From: Octopus vulgaris
Lineage: Eukaryota
Direction: 5' to 3'
Length of the DNA stretch: 64,000 nt
Assembly (NCBI GenBank): GCA_951406725.2
Contig: OX597840.1
Location: forward strand, 24,304,001 to 24,368,000
The notes under the pieces are model-generated. The model searched no databases. It was not told the DNA's origin and worked only from the letters and a program-made list of their open reading frames with translations. A program made the position numbers and the translations under genes. Below, in pieces: positions 11,706 through 27,033 of this stretch; the first letter of the stretch is position 1, and the number at the start of each line of letters is the position of its first letter.

Positions 11706-13897
11706 GGATCTTTTCGTTTTGACTGGCAGATTTTTAAAATAATTTCTCTGTAACTAAACACTTTTAAACTTAAGTACCAGTTACGCACTGGGGTCGATGT
11801 AATCAACTTAATCCCTTTGTCTGTCCTTGTCCGTTCCCTCCTATCTTTTCGGTTTGAACAGCAGTTTTTAACACAATTTCTAGGTAACTAAACACTTTTA
11901 AACTTCGTGTAATGGTAGAATTTGTTACATAAAACATCTTTTTCTCTTGGCTTTCTTGAGAAAATTCTGTAGTTTGTAAGCTACAATTATTGCTGTTGAT
12001 AAACTACGGCAGATATTGTATTCACCTCAATAGACGTCATTGATTGGTTGAAATTGCCGAAATTAAACAACAAATAGCTTACAAGCTACAGAATTTTCTC
12101 AAGAAATCCAAGAGAAAAAGATGTTTTATAAACACATTCTACCAGTATACGAAGTTTAAAGAATAAGTCCTGGGGTCAATTTGATCGACTAAAGGCGGTG
12201 CTCCAGCATGGCCAGTCACATGACTGAAACAAGTAACAGAGTAAAGAGAGATAGCTAGATAAACAGGTAGATAGATAGGTCGGTAGATAGATAGGTATGT
12301 AGGTAGGCAGATAGATAAATAGACAGACAGATAAGATAGATGATAGATAGATAGAGAGAGAAAGACAGACAGACAGACAGATGGATAGACAGAGAGAAGC
12401 ATTTCTTCCTTCGAAAAGGACGATTCTTTTCTTCAGCTTTAAAGCTTCAGCAAAATTGCTTTGAGTGTTCATGTTGGTGGTGGTGGCCATGTTTATAGCA
12501 GTAAGGGTTGTCTTTACTTGTTTGTATCTTCTAAGGCCAGACTGGCAGGTTTCTGTGTGCGTTCAAGCGGAACAACTTCCTTTTCAGACAGATAGATAGA
12601 CAAACAGATAGATAGGGTACTACTTGAGAACAGTGGTCCCGGTGCGCGCACTCGCGCTAGCTAGTCGTGACTAGTCGATCCTACGACTAGCTAGCAAAGT
12701 AAATACTACACAAAATAATTTTTTTTACACAAAGTAAATAATTTTTGTTAAAATAAATAAAACACAAAAACACAAAGTAAGGATCGACTAGTCATGACTA
12801 GCTAGCGCGGATGCACGAGTACGCGCACCGGGACCACTCTTCTCAAGTAGTACCGATAGATAGACAGACAGAGATATGCTATAGAAATAAACTTTGACGT
12901 ACGCACCTTGAAGTTTTCCAGTGTTAAAACTTTCTTTGGAAGTTGCACGTCATCTTCAGCAGGTGCTTCGTGTGTGTGTATGTGTAGACAGAGTACGGCC
13001 GAATGGTCAAGAAGATCCCTTAACAACCATGAGGTCCCTCGTTCTGTCCTACTGCAAGACACTTTCGGCAAATAACACTTTCTGCAGTGTCCAGTTGACC
13101 TGAATGAAATCGGACAGAGGGGAAAGTGCTGAACCCAGGAATTCCAAAGAGGTCAGCTTCGGGTCGCAGAGGTTCTTGTATGATCCCAGCGGAATCCTCG
13201 GCGACTCACGGGAATCCAGGAGCAGGTGATTCAGTTGGTCTTACACCTGAATCCTCTTCGGCGAACGACGGGGATCCACGATGTATGAAAATGTCTGTAT
13301 AGGTATAGATGGAAATGGTGAGGATATTAAGAAATGGTTAATAGCAAAATGTGGGAAATAAAAAAAATTGGAATGGGCAATGAAAAGGAAAACGAAACAG
13401 TGAAAGAAATTATATAACTTTGTTTAAGTAATTTTTTTTAGTCCTTCCTTTTTTCTGAGTTGTGCGTTAGATATGAAATCATTCGTATCTAATTCCGGTC
13501 TCCTAACAATTATCAGTTATAAAGTGGAATTGAACAAGGAATAAAGATTTGTATGAAACTATAGCAGGAAATAAACGGAATTTGCAAGACTGAACGGTTA
13601 ATGGACGAGGGGAAGTAACTCTTCTTTCAACAAAAGTCCTGAATATTTTTATATAGCTTCGGGTTTAAATGACAATTAATTAATTCAACAAATTGTTAGA
13701 AACGATCACAAAAGTACAGCCCCCAAAATTAAATGCAAGAAATTAAACAACAAATAGCTTCCAAACTACAGAATTTTCTCAAGAAATCCAAGAGAAAAAG
13801 ATGTTTTATAAACACATTCTACCAGTATACGAAGTTTAAAAGTGTTTAGTTACAAAGAAATTATTTTAAAAATCTGCCAGTCAAAACAAAAAGATCC
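11706..13897. mobile_element. TIR pair GGATCTTTTCGTTTTGACTGGCAG splitting a tRNA-SINE (head 11642-11705, body from 13898)
   Basis: Right end reads CTGCCAGTCAAAACAAAAAGATCC. The flanks rejoin into a SINE matching the intact copy near 61050; imperfect TSD GATTCCCT/GATTACT. Confidence 0.6.
12616..12854. mobile_element. MITE, Merlin-like; copies at 21772-21979 and 33898-34105
   Basis: TIRs GGTACTACTTGAGAACAGTGGTCCCGGTGCGCG fit the GGNRM start; flanked by GATAGATAG on both sides, inside a GATA microsatellite. Confidence 0.7.
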
Positions 13898-14655
13898 GAT
13901 TACTGGACCATGTTGTGTGTTGTGTTCTTGAGCAAGACACTTTATTTCACGTTGCTGCAGTTCACTCAGCTGTAAAAATGAGTTATGACGTCACTGGTGC
14001 CAAGCTGTATCGGCCTGTAGGGACCTCACTTGGTCCTGCCTGAGATTTGGAACCAAATCCACCCGCTTGTTGCTTGTCAAAACAAGCGGTAAATCCTTTG
14101 TTCAGGCCAAGGGTAGTATAGAAGAGCCGGGGTCACTCATCCGTGGAACGAAAGAAAGATGAGGCAAGCAAGACCTCTTGGTCATCCACTGCCTCAGTCT
14201 CCATCCCCAGCCATCTTGACCTGGTCTTGTAATGCACATATGACAAAGTCACTGAGCAAGTCATTAGCCATTCTTAATGATGACCAAATGGCCCTCATCA
14301 CTTTGACAGGCAAACATAAAAGAAACAGGAAGCAGAATAAATTACAAATATTATAAAAGAATTCTTTTATTAAAAATCACCATCATCATTGTTCGACCGT
14401 GGTCGAGACTTTCATAGTCTTTTCAAATGGCTAATAATGTGTGCGCGCGCCACTACTACACACATTGGAAAGCATTGTACAACCAAGTACTAAAGAAGAT
14501 CTTTCCTCCTCCATGTAACAAAGCTGTTCCCGCTGGACGTCAACCCAGTATTTCTAAGCTACGGACCCAGTGATTTATTGTAAGGTTATCTCCATAGCAG
14601 ATTGCCTTCACTACGGCTAAGGAGCCCTTTCTACCCCATATTAAAAATACCTTAA

Positions 14656-15117
14656 CCCTTTCGTTATTGTATTTCTGTTGAGATGCTCTGTGTTTCTTTC
14701 AATTACTTTAAATATAACAAAGAATTTAGTAAAATAACTAAGTTATCATTCAGCTAGTGTTAGGAACATAACTTGCGACTTAAGGTTTCGTGGAAGATTT
14801 TAATTCAAAACTTATGAAAACAAGACATTTGTACTCAGAGCCAGAGGTGGTTTCAGCTGGGTTGGTATCAAAAGGGTTAAATTAATCATTTGTTAACCCT
14901 TTTGTTACCATATTTCTGTTGAGATGCTCTGTGTTTCTTTCAATTACTTTAAATGTAACAAAGAATTTAGTAAAATATCTTAGTTATCATTAAGCTAGCG
15001 TTAGGGACATAAATTGTGACTAAGGTTTGGTGGAAGATTTTATTTCAGAACTTATGAAAACAAGACATTTGTACTATAGAGCCAGAGGCAGTTTCAGTCG
15101 GGTTGGTAATGAAAGAG
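14656..15117. mobile_element. Two tandem piggyBac-like MITEs (14656-14876 and 14897-15117)
   Basis: Each is bounded by TTAA|CCCTTT...AAAG(G/A)G|TTAA and the two are highly similar. Confidence 0.75.
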
Positions 15118-15749
15118 TTAAGTTATTTCAACAGGGTGGAGATAGTCATATAGATTGTTGATAGGGTGTTTCCACAGTTAGTCTTTCCCATGTGTATACA
15201 TATGTGGTTATATAAGATAAATTTTTTTCAAAGAACTAATTTTGATATTAAGTGTTACTCGTTAATATGAAAACACAGAATAGTTAATTAATATTTTTAG
15301 AGAGATTGATTTCCCGCAGATATCTCGGTAATATGGTTGGTGTCTTGTATGAAAGCGTTTGTGTGTAAGTACATAAGTTACATCTTTCAGAGAATGATTT
15401 CCCACGAAGAGATGGCCATGAGGCATTTGCTTTGCAACCACATGGTTTGGGGGCAGAGTCCCATTAACAGCACCCTAGGCAATTGCCTTCTGTTCCTAGG
15501 CTGACCAATGCCTTGTGGGTAAATTTGTATGAATGTGTTTGACCTCGCTAGCGCTGGGCCCATGTCAAAAGCACCCAGTACACTTTGTAAAGTGGTTGCT
15601 ATTAGGAAGGGCCTCCAGCAATAGAAACCATGCCATAGCAGACAGTAGAGCTGGGTGCAATCCCCTGGCTTGCATGTCAAAAACCGTTCAACACATGCCA
15701 GCATGGAAAACAGATGTTGAATGAGGATGATGGTCAGTCACATAATTTA

Positions 15750-16680
<931 letters not shown>

Positions 16681-17526
16681 CTCTTGACCGAAAATATAAA
16701 TCAGTTCTTAAACTTTCTCAGCTAGATATTTTCATAAGATATTTAACATCACCTCTGGTAGGCTGCGTGCTGGCAGAAACGTTAGCACACCGGGTGAAAT
16801 GCTTGGCGGTATTTCGTTTGCCGTTACGTTCTGAGCTCAAATTCCACCAAGGTCGACTTTGCCTTTCATCCTTTTGGGGTCGATTATATAAGTACCAGTT
16901 ACACACTGGGGTCGATGTAATCGACTTAATCCGTTTGTCTGTCCTTGTTTCTCCTCTCTGTGTTTAGCCCCTTGTGAGTAGTAAAGAAGTAGGTATTTCG
17001 TCTACCACTATGTTCTGAGTTCAAATTCCACCAAGGTCGACTTTGCCATTCATCCTTTCAGGGTCGATAAATAAAATACCAGTTTCACACTGGGGTAGAT
17101 ATAATCGACTTAATCCCTTTGTCTGTCCTTATTTGTCCCCTCTATGTTTAGCCCCCTAGTGGGCAATAAAGAAATAAATATTTCCATCAACTGTAATCAT
17201 TGTCAATATCTGAGGGGGCTGCCAATTCCTTTGCAATCCAGGTTTAATTAGAATACAGGATTGGTTTTCTTGCACCCATTCCAGGCAGAAAAGTACAGAA
17301 ATGCTGCTAATAATCACACACCCAAAGAAAATCTTTTACAATTCTATAATCGATTTATATAAACAGGGTAATATTTCTTCTGTGTAGCGTCTTAAAGAAT
17401 ATATCATATATATTCATGATGTGCTCGATGTAAAATTTTCTTTTATGCTAAATATCGTCTGATAATCTGAAATAAAAAAAAGAAATATTATGAGATATAG
17501 AATTCACTAGAAAAGTAGAGATTACA

Positions 17527-17925
17527 GATCTTTTCGGTTTGAACGGCAGCTTTTCTAGAGGTGTCATATGAAATTGTCACCCATGAGTATGACCCTAGTA
17601 TCAATCTATTGCATTTCAATCTGTTTTAGGGTTAGGGGGAAAGGTACCTTTTTTCTTCACAAATGTAAATAAACCCAATCTGTTTCTTAAACGAGGAACA
17701 TATTCATACGGCACAGAATGATTTTTTTTTACCTCAATAGATGTCATTGATAGGTTGAAATTGAAGAAAAAAAGAACAACAAATATCTTACAAACCATTG
17801 AATTATCTCAATAAAGCCAAGAGAAAATGATGTTTTATAAACACATTCTACCAGTTTACGAAGTCTAAAATGTTTAGTTACCTAGAAATTATGTTAAAAA
17901 CTGCCGTTCAAACCGAAAACATCCC
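17527..17925. mobile_element. MITE present only in the U2 intron
   Basis: TIRs GATCTTTTCGGTTTGAACGGCAG / CTGCCGTTCAAACCGAAAACATC with an 8-bp flanking repeat AGATTACA. Confidence 0.75.
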
Positions 17926-18881
17926 AGATTACATTTTTATACTGATAAACTGGAGATATAAACCTTTAGCTGGCCAAATAAACGTTAACACGTCAGTCTG
18001 ACAAACAAACAAGGAGATTATAAGGTAGTCATGGGATGTGCTAAAAATAATAGCTAAATAGCTCTTAAATCACGCAGCAATTTAAAAAATTTTGTTTTGG
18101 TTTTTCCACAATCCTATGAATTACAAATTCACAAGAGTTTTCTAAAATTTCCCAAAAGTTTTGAACCAACAAAGAATTTACGATTTACATCTGCTGTTTG
18201 TTTGTTGAGCGAAGCGGTCTTCGTCCCAGAGCTCGCAAGATGGAAGAAGTCGGAAACGTGGTCCTTTGCTATTCGTAAGACCCGCAGAAGAGAAAGCAGG
18301 TCAGCCTCCCAGACACCGAGAGCATCGACGGATGGATGAATGGGCATCCAGGCTCGGCGGTTGCGTAGGAAGTCGGGGGACAAGAAACAGGAAGAGTGAG
18401 TGAGAGAAAGTTGGGGCGAAAGAGTACAACAGGGGTCGCCACCACCCTCTGCTGGAGCATCGTGTTATCGCTCAATAAACACACACAACGCCCGGTCTGG
18501 AAATCGAAACCGCGAGTCTGCTGCCCTAACCACTGGGTCATTGCGCCTCCACTTACATGTGCTGTATATGAAATACCAGAGGTTATTGTGTTAAAAAGAG
18601 CAAGGACTAATGTTTACTTTGAAACGGTTGATGATGATGATGATATATATATATATATATATTTATTGTCCACAAGGGGATATACAAAGAGAGGACAAAC
18701 AAGGACAGACATAGGGATTAAGTCGATCACATCGAACCCAGTGCATAACTGGTACTTAATTTATCGACCCTGAAAGATGAAAGGCAAAGTCGACCTCAGT
18801 GGAATTTGAACTCATAACGTAAAGACACATGCATTTCGCCCGTCGTGCTAATGTTGCTGCCAGCTCGCCACATTTATATAA

Positions 18882-18966
<85 letters not shown>

Positions 18967-18967
18967 T

Positions 18968-19038
<71 letters not shown>

Positions 19039-21185
19039 ATTTTATAGAAGGAGTTTCTACAGTACTAGATCTGTTTCATTCAGATGAAACAGTTCTAGTC
19101 CTGTAGAAGCTCCTTCTATAAAATAAATTACTTTACTCTGCTATGTATAGAGTACCTTATTTACTGTGGATAACCCCAACTCAACCCGGGACCTACATAT
19201 ATACATATATATATAAATATATATGTATACATATAGGTGTATATATATTGGTAAAACGGTAAGATAACAAAAGAAAGAAAGAAAGAGACCTCAATATTAT
19301 GTAAATAGAGGAAATTTATCTATAAAATAATATGTTACATTTACTCAATAGTTTCAGATGCCGAAGTGGAAATCCACAACACCATCTCTTCGGTTATCTG
19401 GCCATCTGAAAAAACGCTATGAAAAAATACCGTTATATAAAGGGAAATTACTGTATTATAATTCTGCGCGCGAAAACCCACGTGCGTACGTATACGTCAC
19501 TATGGAAACGTACACATCTTCACTCGCATTTTTCGCCAAATATATACGCATATAAATACAGCCTCAAACACACACACATGCGTACCGTAAAAGTTCATAC
19601 ATACGTCTATATACGCACAAACACAAGAAAAACCATGGTTAAAGGTAACAGAAAAAAAAACATAAGGAAGTATACAAAGCATAAAAACCACGTTCATATA
19701 CGGACATGCCCCTATGCACTCATACACACACACACGCCCGTATATGTACATACCCGCACATATTTATATACGCATACATACACACGCATATACAAAAAAT
19801 GAATATATATATATATATGTCCCCCCTCCACAAAAAAATGGAAAAATACTAAGTAAAAACGTCTATATATATATATATATATATATGTGCATTCTTATGC
19901 CCGCACATATATATATAGACATATATATGTATATACATATATATGCACATACACACACAAAAAAGTTGGCGATTACAAAGGAATTTCACAAGAATCATAT
20001 ATATAGTGGAAGCCGCTTATTGCGATCATTTCCGTACAGCACCTAACAGATGACGTTAAACAAATATAAAGTCTGAACCAATTCATTTTGATAACAATAA
20101 CCGGCTGATAACGTTATCCGCTATTCCGATTGACCGCCACTCCATTCCTGCCCAGCCTACATCAATACACAACAAACTACGGCATTTCTATAAATCGCAG
20201 TATTTGCTATACAACGTCTTCAATCAGATCGTATTCCTCTCCAATATATATACATATATATATAATAACTTACCCCTGATGCTTAATAAATAAATAAATA
20301 TTTATTTACTTTCGATTTCGTCTCCAAAGAATTGAGGAAACGTGACAAGCCGGAAGTAAGGTGCGTCATGTGACTTAGACTCTTTAATATATGAAACCAC
20401 AAAGAGTGCTGTCGACACAAAACCGAAACTAAGAAGGAAGGGGGAACGTAATATTGTTGTTGACTATCACCATGGTTACTGTCTAAGCGGAAGGCGCATG
20501 GCTCGGTGGTTAGCGCATCGGGCTATCAATCGCGAGTTAGTGAGTTCGATTCCCTGGATCTTTTCGTTTTGACTGGCAGATTTTTAAAATAATTTCTTTG
20601 TAACTAAACACTTTTAAACTTAAGTACCAGTTATGCACTGGGGTCGATGTAATCAACTTAATCCCTTTGTCTGTCCTTGTTTGTTCCCTCCTATCTTTTC
20701 GGTTTGAACAGCAGTTTTTAACATAATTTCTAGGTAACTAAACACTTTTAAACTTCGTGTAATGGTAGAATTTGTTACATAAAACATCTTTTTCTCTTGG
20801 CTTTCTTGAGAAAATTCTGTAGTTTGTAAGCTACAATTATTGCTGTTGATAAACTACGGCAGATATTGTATTCACCTCAATAGACGTCATTCATTGGTTG
20901 AAATTGCCGAAATTAAACAACAAATAGCTTACGAGCTACAGAATTTTCTCAAGAAACCCAAGAGAAAAAGATGTTTTATAAATACATTCTAGCAGTATAC
21001 GAAGTTTAAAGAATAAGTCCTGGGGTCGATTTGATCGACTAAAGGCGGTGCTCCAGCATGGCCACAGTCACATGACTGAAACAAGTAAAAGTGTAAAGAG
21101 AGATGGATAGATAAACAGGTAGATAGATAGGTCGGTAGGTAGGCAGATAGATAAATAGACAGACAGATAAGATAGATAGATAGAT

Positions 21186-21255
<70 letters not shown>

Positions 21256-22829
21256 TGGATAGAGAGATAGAAGCAGTTCTTCCTTCGAAAAGGTCGATTC
21301 TTTTCTTCGGCTTTAAAGCTTCAGCAAAATTACTTTGAGTGTTCATGTTGGTAGTGGTGGCCATGTTTATAGCAGTAAGGGTTGTCTTTACTTCTCTGTA
21401 TCTTCTAAGGCCAGACTGGCAGTGTTTGTAGTGAGTGCGCGATTTGAATATAGAGGCACCTACCTCATCTTCGTAGTGACGGAGACCCTCCAGAGATGAC
21501 TAGTCCTTCCTCACAGCCCCGACCCGAGCACTAACGATAGCAGCTGCTAGCCCAAACCCTTAGCGACGTCCTCACACGTCTTCTCACCTCCACGACCCAC
21601 GTTGGAAAGGGCAATTTCCGCTCCCTGCGCACGCCTGACAGCTGACCCCTTCCGCTTGCCCAAACTTCCGGACAACGCACCCAGCTGATGACGTCATCCC
21701 ACAGTTTTCTGTGTGCGTTCAAGCGGAACAACTTCCTTTTCAGACAGATAGATAGACAAACAGGTAGATAGGGTACTACTTGGGAACAGTGGTCCCGGTG
21801 TGCGCACTCACGCTAGCTAGTCGTGACTGGTCGATACTACGACTAGCTAGCAAAGTAAATACTACACAAAATAATTTTTGTTAAAATAAATAAAACACAA
21901 AAACACAAAGTAAGGATCGACTAGTCATGACTAGCTTGCGCGAGTGCGCGCACCGGGACCACTCTTCTCAAGTAGTACCGATAGATAGACAGACAGAGAT
22001 AGACAGGCACAGATATGCTATAGAAATAAAATTTGACGTACGCACCTTGAAGTTTTCCAGTGTTAAAACTTTCTTTGGAAGTTGCACGTCATCTTCAGCA
22101 GGTGCTTCGTGTGTGTGTGTGTGTGTGTAGGCAGAGGACGGCCGAATGGTCAAGAAGATCCCTTAACAACCACGAGGTCCCTCGTTCTGTCCTACTGCGA
22201 GACACTTTGGGCAAATAACACTTTCTGCAGTGTCCAGTTGACCTGATTGAAATCGGACAGAGGGGAAAGTGCTGAACCCAGGAATTCCAAAGAGGTCAGC
22301 TTCGGGTCGCAGAGGTTCTTGTATGATTCCAGCGGAATCCTCGAAGACTCACGGGAATTCCGGAGCAGGGGATTCAGTTGGTCTTACACCTGAATCCTCA
22401 TCGGCGAACGACGGGGATCCACGATGTATAGAAATGTCTGTATGGGTAGAGATGGAAATGGTGAGGATATTAAGAAATGGTTAATAGCAAAATGTGGGAA
22501 ATAAAAAAATTGGAATGGGCAGCCGAAAGGAAAACGAAACAGTGAAAGAAATTATATAACTTTGTTTAAGTAATTTTTTATTTAGTCCTTCCTTTTTTCT
22601 GAGTTGTGCGTTAGATATGAAATTAGATATGAAATCATTCGTATCTAATTCCGGTCTCCCAATAATTATCAGTTATAAAGTGGAATTGATCAAGGAATAA
22701 AGATTTGTATGAAACTATAGCAGGAAATAAACGGAACTTGCAAGACTGAACGGTTAATGGACGAGGGGAAGTAACTCTTCTTTCAACAAAAGTCTTGAAT
22801 ATTTTTATATAGCTTCGTGTTTAAATGAC

Positions 22830-23411
22830 AATTAATTAATTCAACAAATTATTAGAAAGGATCACAAAAGTACAGCCCCTAAAATAACTGCAGGGGTTAA
22901 TCACCGCCTCAAGAACCCAGTTTCCACAAAAACTTTTTGCTGGGAGCTGCACAAAGCCAGATTTCAAGGGAGGGCTGCAATCAGAAAACCACTACTTTCA
23001 AAAACAAACGTTGCAAAGCGTTTAGAGTGGAGTTAAAACCTACGGAATTGGTCCCTAGAGCAGTGGAAGAATGTTATTTTCTAGGACGAGTCATCCTTTA
23101 CCTTATTTCCGACAACCGGCCGAGTATACGTGTGAAGAGAGCCAAAAAAAGCATTTGACCCAGACTGCCTTCTTCCAACTGTTAACCATGGAGGAGGATC
23201 TGTGATGATCTGGGGAGCTATATCTTGGATATCTGCCAGCCCAATGGTTTCCCTTCATGTCAGAATTAATAGTCAAGACTATTTAAGCATTTTATCTGAT
23301 CAAATTCATCCTATGGTAGGGGAACTGTTTCTGGAGAGAAACGCAAGCTTTCAGGATGATAATGCACCAATTCACACGGCTAAAGTTGTCATTGAATGGC
23401 ACGAGGAACAT
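22830..23411 (+). mobile_element. Tc1/mariner transposase fragment; copy at about 34950-35538, stub at about 13650-13730
   Basis: PTVNHGGGSVMIWGAIS and FQDDNAPIH motifs; frameshifted and truncated. Confidence 0.9.
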
Positions 23412-23501
23412 TCATCAACCGTTTGAAAGTAAACATTAGTCCTTGCTCTTTTTAACACAATAACTTCTGGTATTTCATATACAGCAGATCTTTCCTTCTA
23501 T

Positions 23502-23536
23502 GTTTCCGACGAAGAGCTCCGCTCGAAACGTTAAAC
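23502..23536 (+). ncRNA. Minimal Penelope-type hammerhead-like motif; copy at 35627-35661
   Basis: GTTT-CCGACGA-A-GAGC TCC GCTC-GAAAC-GTT-AAAC: stem I GTTT/AAAC, stem II GAGC/GCTC, palindromic ACGT stem III. Confidence 0.5.
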
Positions 23537-24761
23537 CCTCCATCTTTTCTGAGCATCCAATAATACTATATTTGTTCCACGTCCTCGCGTTGTTGTTTTT
23601 TTTTGTGCTTTCTTGTTTAGATTAACTATATATGTATATATAACCGATTGTAGCCGCTGCCAGACTCACCTGGCACCTGTGGCGGTGGAATGTAAAAAAA
23701 AAACCCTACACTCGCGGAGTGGTTGGCATTAGGAAGGGCATCAGGCTGTAGAAACACTGCCAGATCACACTGGGCCTGGTGCAGCCTGCTGGCTTCCCAG
23801 ACCCCGGTCGAACCGTCCAACCCGTGCTAGCATGGAAAGCAATGATCATGATGATATATACACAAATTAAAATCCAGGAAACACAGAAGTAGCATTAATA
23901 TAGTTTATTAACTGCAAAAATTCAACATGTACACTTACAGCTGTTTCGATTTTGCTCAAAAGCAATTCCAATAATTAAAACATTTAATTGGGCAAAATCT
24001 CATCAGAGGAATGAAAAAGACATATCGTTAGGTTATCACATGTTATTCTTCCAAAACATCTCAACAGACTAAAACTTTTTTTAATTACTAATATTGGTAT
24101 AAATCTTGGCCAGTGGGTAACAGGTTGTATAAGGGTAATAATCTTCATATATATAAAACTGAGAATGTGTGCCTGTCTGTCTGTGTGTTTCCCTAAAACT
24201 TGTGAACTACAGAACCAATTTCATTCAAATTTTACACATGCCTTACTTAGGGTCCATGTAGTTTCATGGGCAAAAAAAAAATGTTCAACTTCTTGCCTAG
24301 AGCGAGCCCATAGCAATATCTTCTTCATTGTTTCAGTATTACATGTTAAAAGTGAAACAGAAATATTTCTTTATTTTATGTCAGATGCTTTCACTTGAAC
24401 AATAAAAATAATAACAATTGAATTATATGTAGTAAGTAATAATTAAAATCAAACTAAAGAATAATATAATCGTAACATACAAAAGTAAAAATAGCAATTG
24501 GTATAAAATTGCATCAATGATTTGAACTTGAATAAGTGGTTTCACATGAATAGGAGTAAAGTAAAAATATAATTAGCGTGCAGAAATGGAATAGTCCAGA
24601 AGGATAATACAAAATTAAATTAAAGAAAAGACTATTGTCTATAAAGTATACAACGTAGACAAAAAAGAATAGCTAACAATTCCAGTCTGTTATATATTTT
24701 GAGTATTGTTATCACTAGCGATATCAAGATATAACTTTGCATTTTGCATTTTATGTGTAGA

Positions 24762-25258
24762 CTAGCAGTATCGCCCGGCGTTGCTCAGGTTTGTAAGGGA
24801 AATAACTATATAAGCATTTTTAGAGAGTTACTTCCCTTATAGATGCCAATTCGGGCTTTCTTAGTCATTTCTGTTTTGGTGTCTTCAAGCCATGAAGTCG
24901 TTGTTCTAAAAGAACGCTGGTCTCCTTGACAACGCTTTACGATATTGATTTCCTTACACTCCCTTCCCACAGCTTCACGAGGGAGGGAAGAAGGGGGAGA
25001 AGCAAACAGGTGCAGGTGTGACCATGGGTGCCAACTCCGCCGCCATCGACACGAAAAAATATGCATTAAAATGGAATAAAAAATTGTTAAATTATTTTAA
25101 AAATCGTAGACGCGCCCTAATACTCAGACGGGCTTGATATGAATCACGACTATTAGATACCCGAATTTGGTTAAACTGCACCGCAAAATGTGGGAGTAGT
25201 TAGGAATCTAAATCGAAGGGGACAGACACTCACACAACTACAGTTTTATATATATAGA
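24762..25258 (-). mobile_element. Non-autonomous Helitron nested in another Helitron (U3 only)
   Basis: Minus strand A|TCTATATATATAAAA...CCTGAGCAACGCCGGGCGATACTG-CTAG|T; absent at the paralogous sites near 2990 and 36885. Confidence 0.8.
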
Positions 25259-26320
25259 TAGATGTACATGTAATATGTACACATATATACATGCACTAGC
25301 ACTATGACCCGGCAACGACGGGTCTTTAATGCTAGTTGGTAAATAAATGGTAGATAGTGAGTTATATTTCTCACTATAATTATTTTATAATGTATCGATT
25401 TAATTATTTTGTAATTTATCTATATCAGTTCAATCAATTTCTTTAACAAAGTTATAAATGTGATCACGTTGTTCTCTCATTCATATGATACTATTTTTAC
25501 TATAACTCACTAATCTAACATTTATTTAATGCGGTTTCGATTCTCAGACCGGGCGTTGTGTGTGTTTATTGAGCGAAAACACCTAAAGCTCCACGAGGCT
25601 CCGGCAGGGGGTGGTGGCGATCTCTGCTGTACTCTTTCTTCCTGTTTCTTGAGTAATGCTGCGATGGACTGGCGTCCTGTCCAGCTGGTGGTGTAACACA
25701 TATCCCACAGAAACCGGGCCCATGAGCCTGGCTAGGTTTGTAAAGGGCGCATAAATAAATAAAAATAATAAATATACTGGCATTTAATAAAACTGTGTAA
25801 GAGAATAATTTACCACAACTCAATTGCAAGAAGCACTTCCATCAAGTTAAGCTATTTATTCGAGAGAATGATTTAATAGAGGTGCAGGAGTGGCTGTGTG
25901 GTAAGTAGCTTGCTTACCAACCACATGGTTCCGGGTTCAGTCACACTGCGTGGCATCTTGGGCAAGTGTCTTCTGCTATAGCCCCGGGCCGACCAAAGCC
26001 TTGTGAGTGGATTTGGTAGACGGAAAATGAAAGAAGCCTGTCGTATATACGTATACATATATATGTATATATGTGCATGTGTTTGTGTGTCTGTGTTTGT
26101 TCCCCTAGCATTGCTTGTCAATCGATGCTGGTGTGTTACGTCCCCGTTACTTAGTGGTTCAGCAAAAGAGACTGATAGAATAAGTACTGGACTTACAAAG
26201 AATAAGTCCTGGGGTCGATTTGCTCAACTAAAGGCGGTGCTCCAGCATGGCCGCAGTCAAATGACTGAAACAAGTAAAAGTGAGAGAGAGAGAGAGAGTA
26301 ATAGATTTATCACAGTGTTA

Positions 26321-27033
<713 letters not shown>

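Noticed and set aside
12990-13320. Possible coding exon on the minus strand after a pyrimidine tract and CAG
   Set aside because: The frame I translated has stops and no recognisable motif, and I found no donor; left unassigned.
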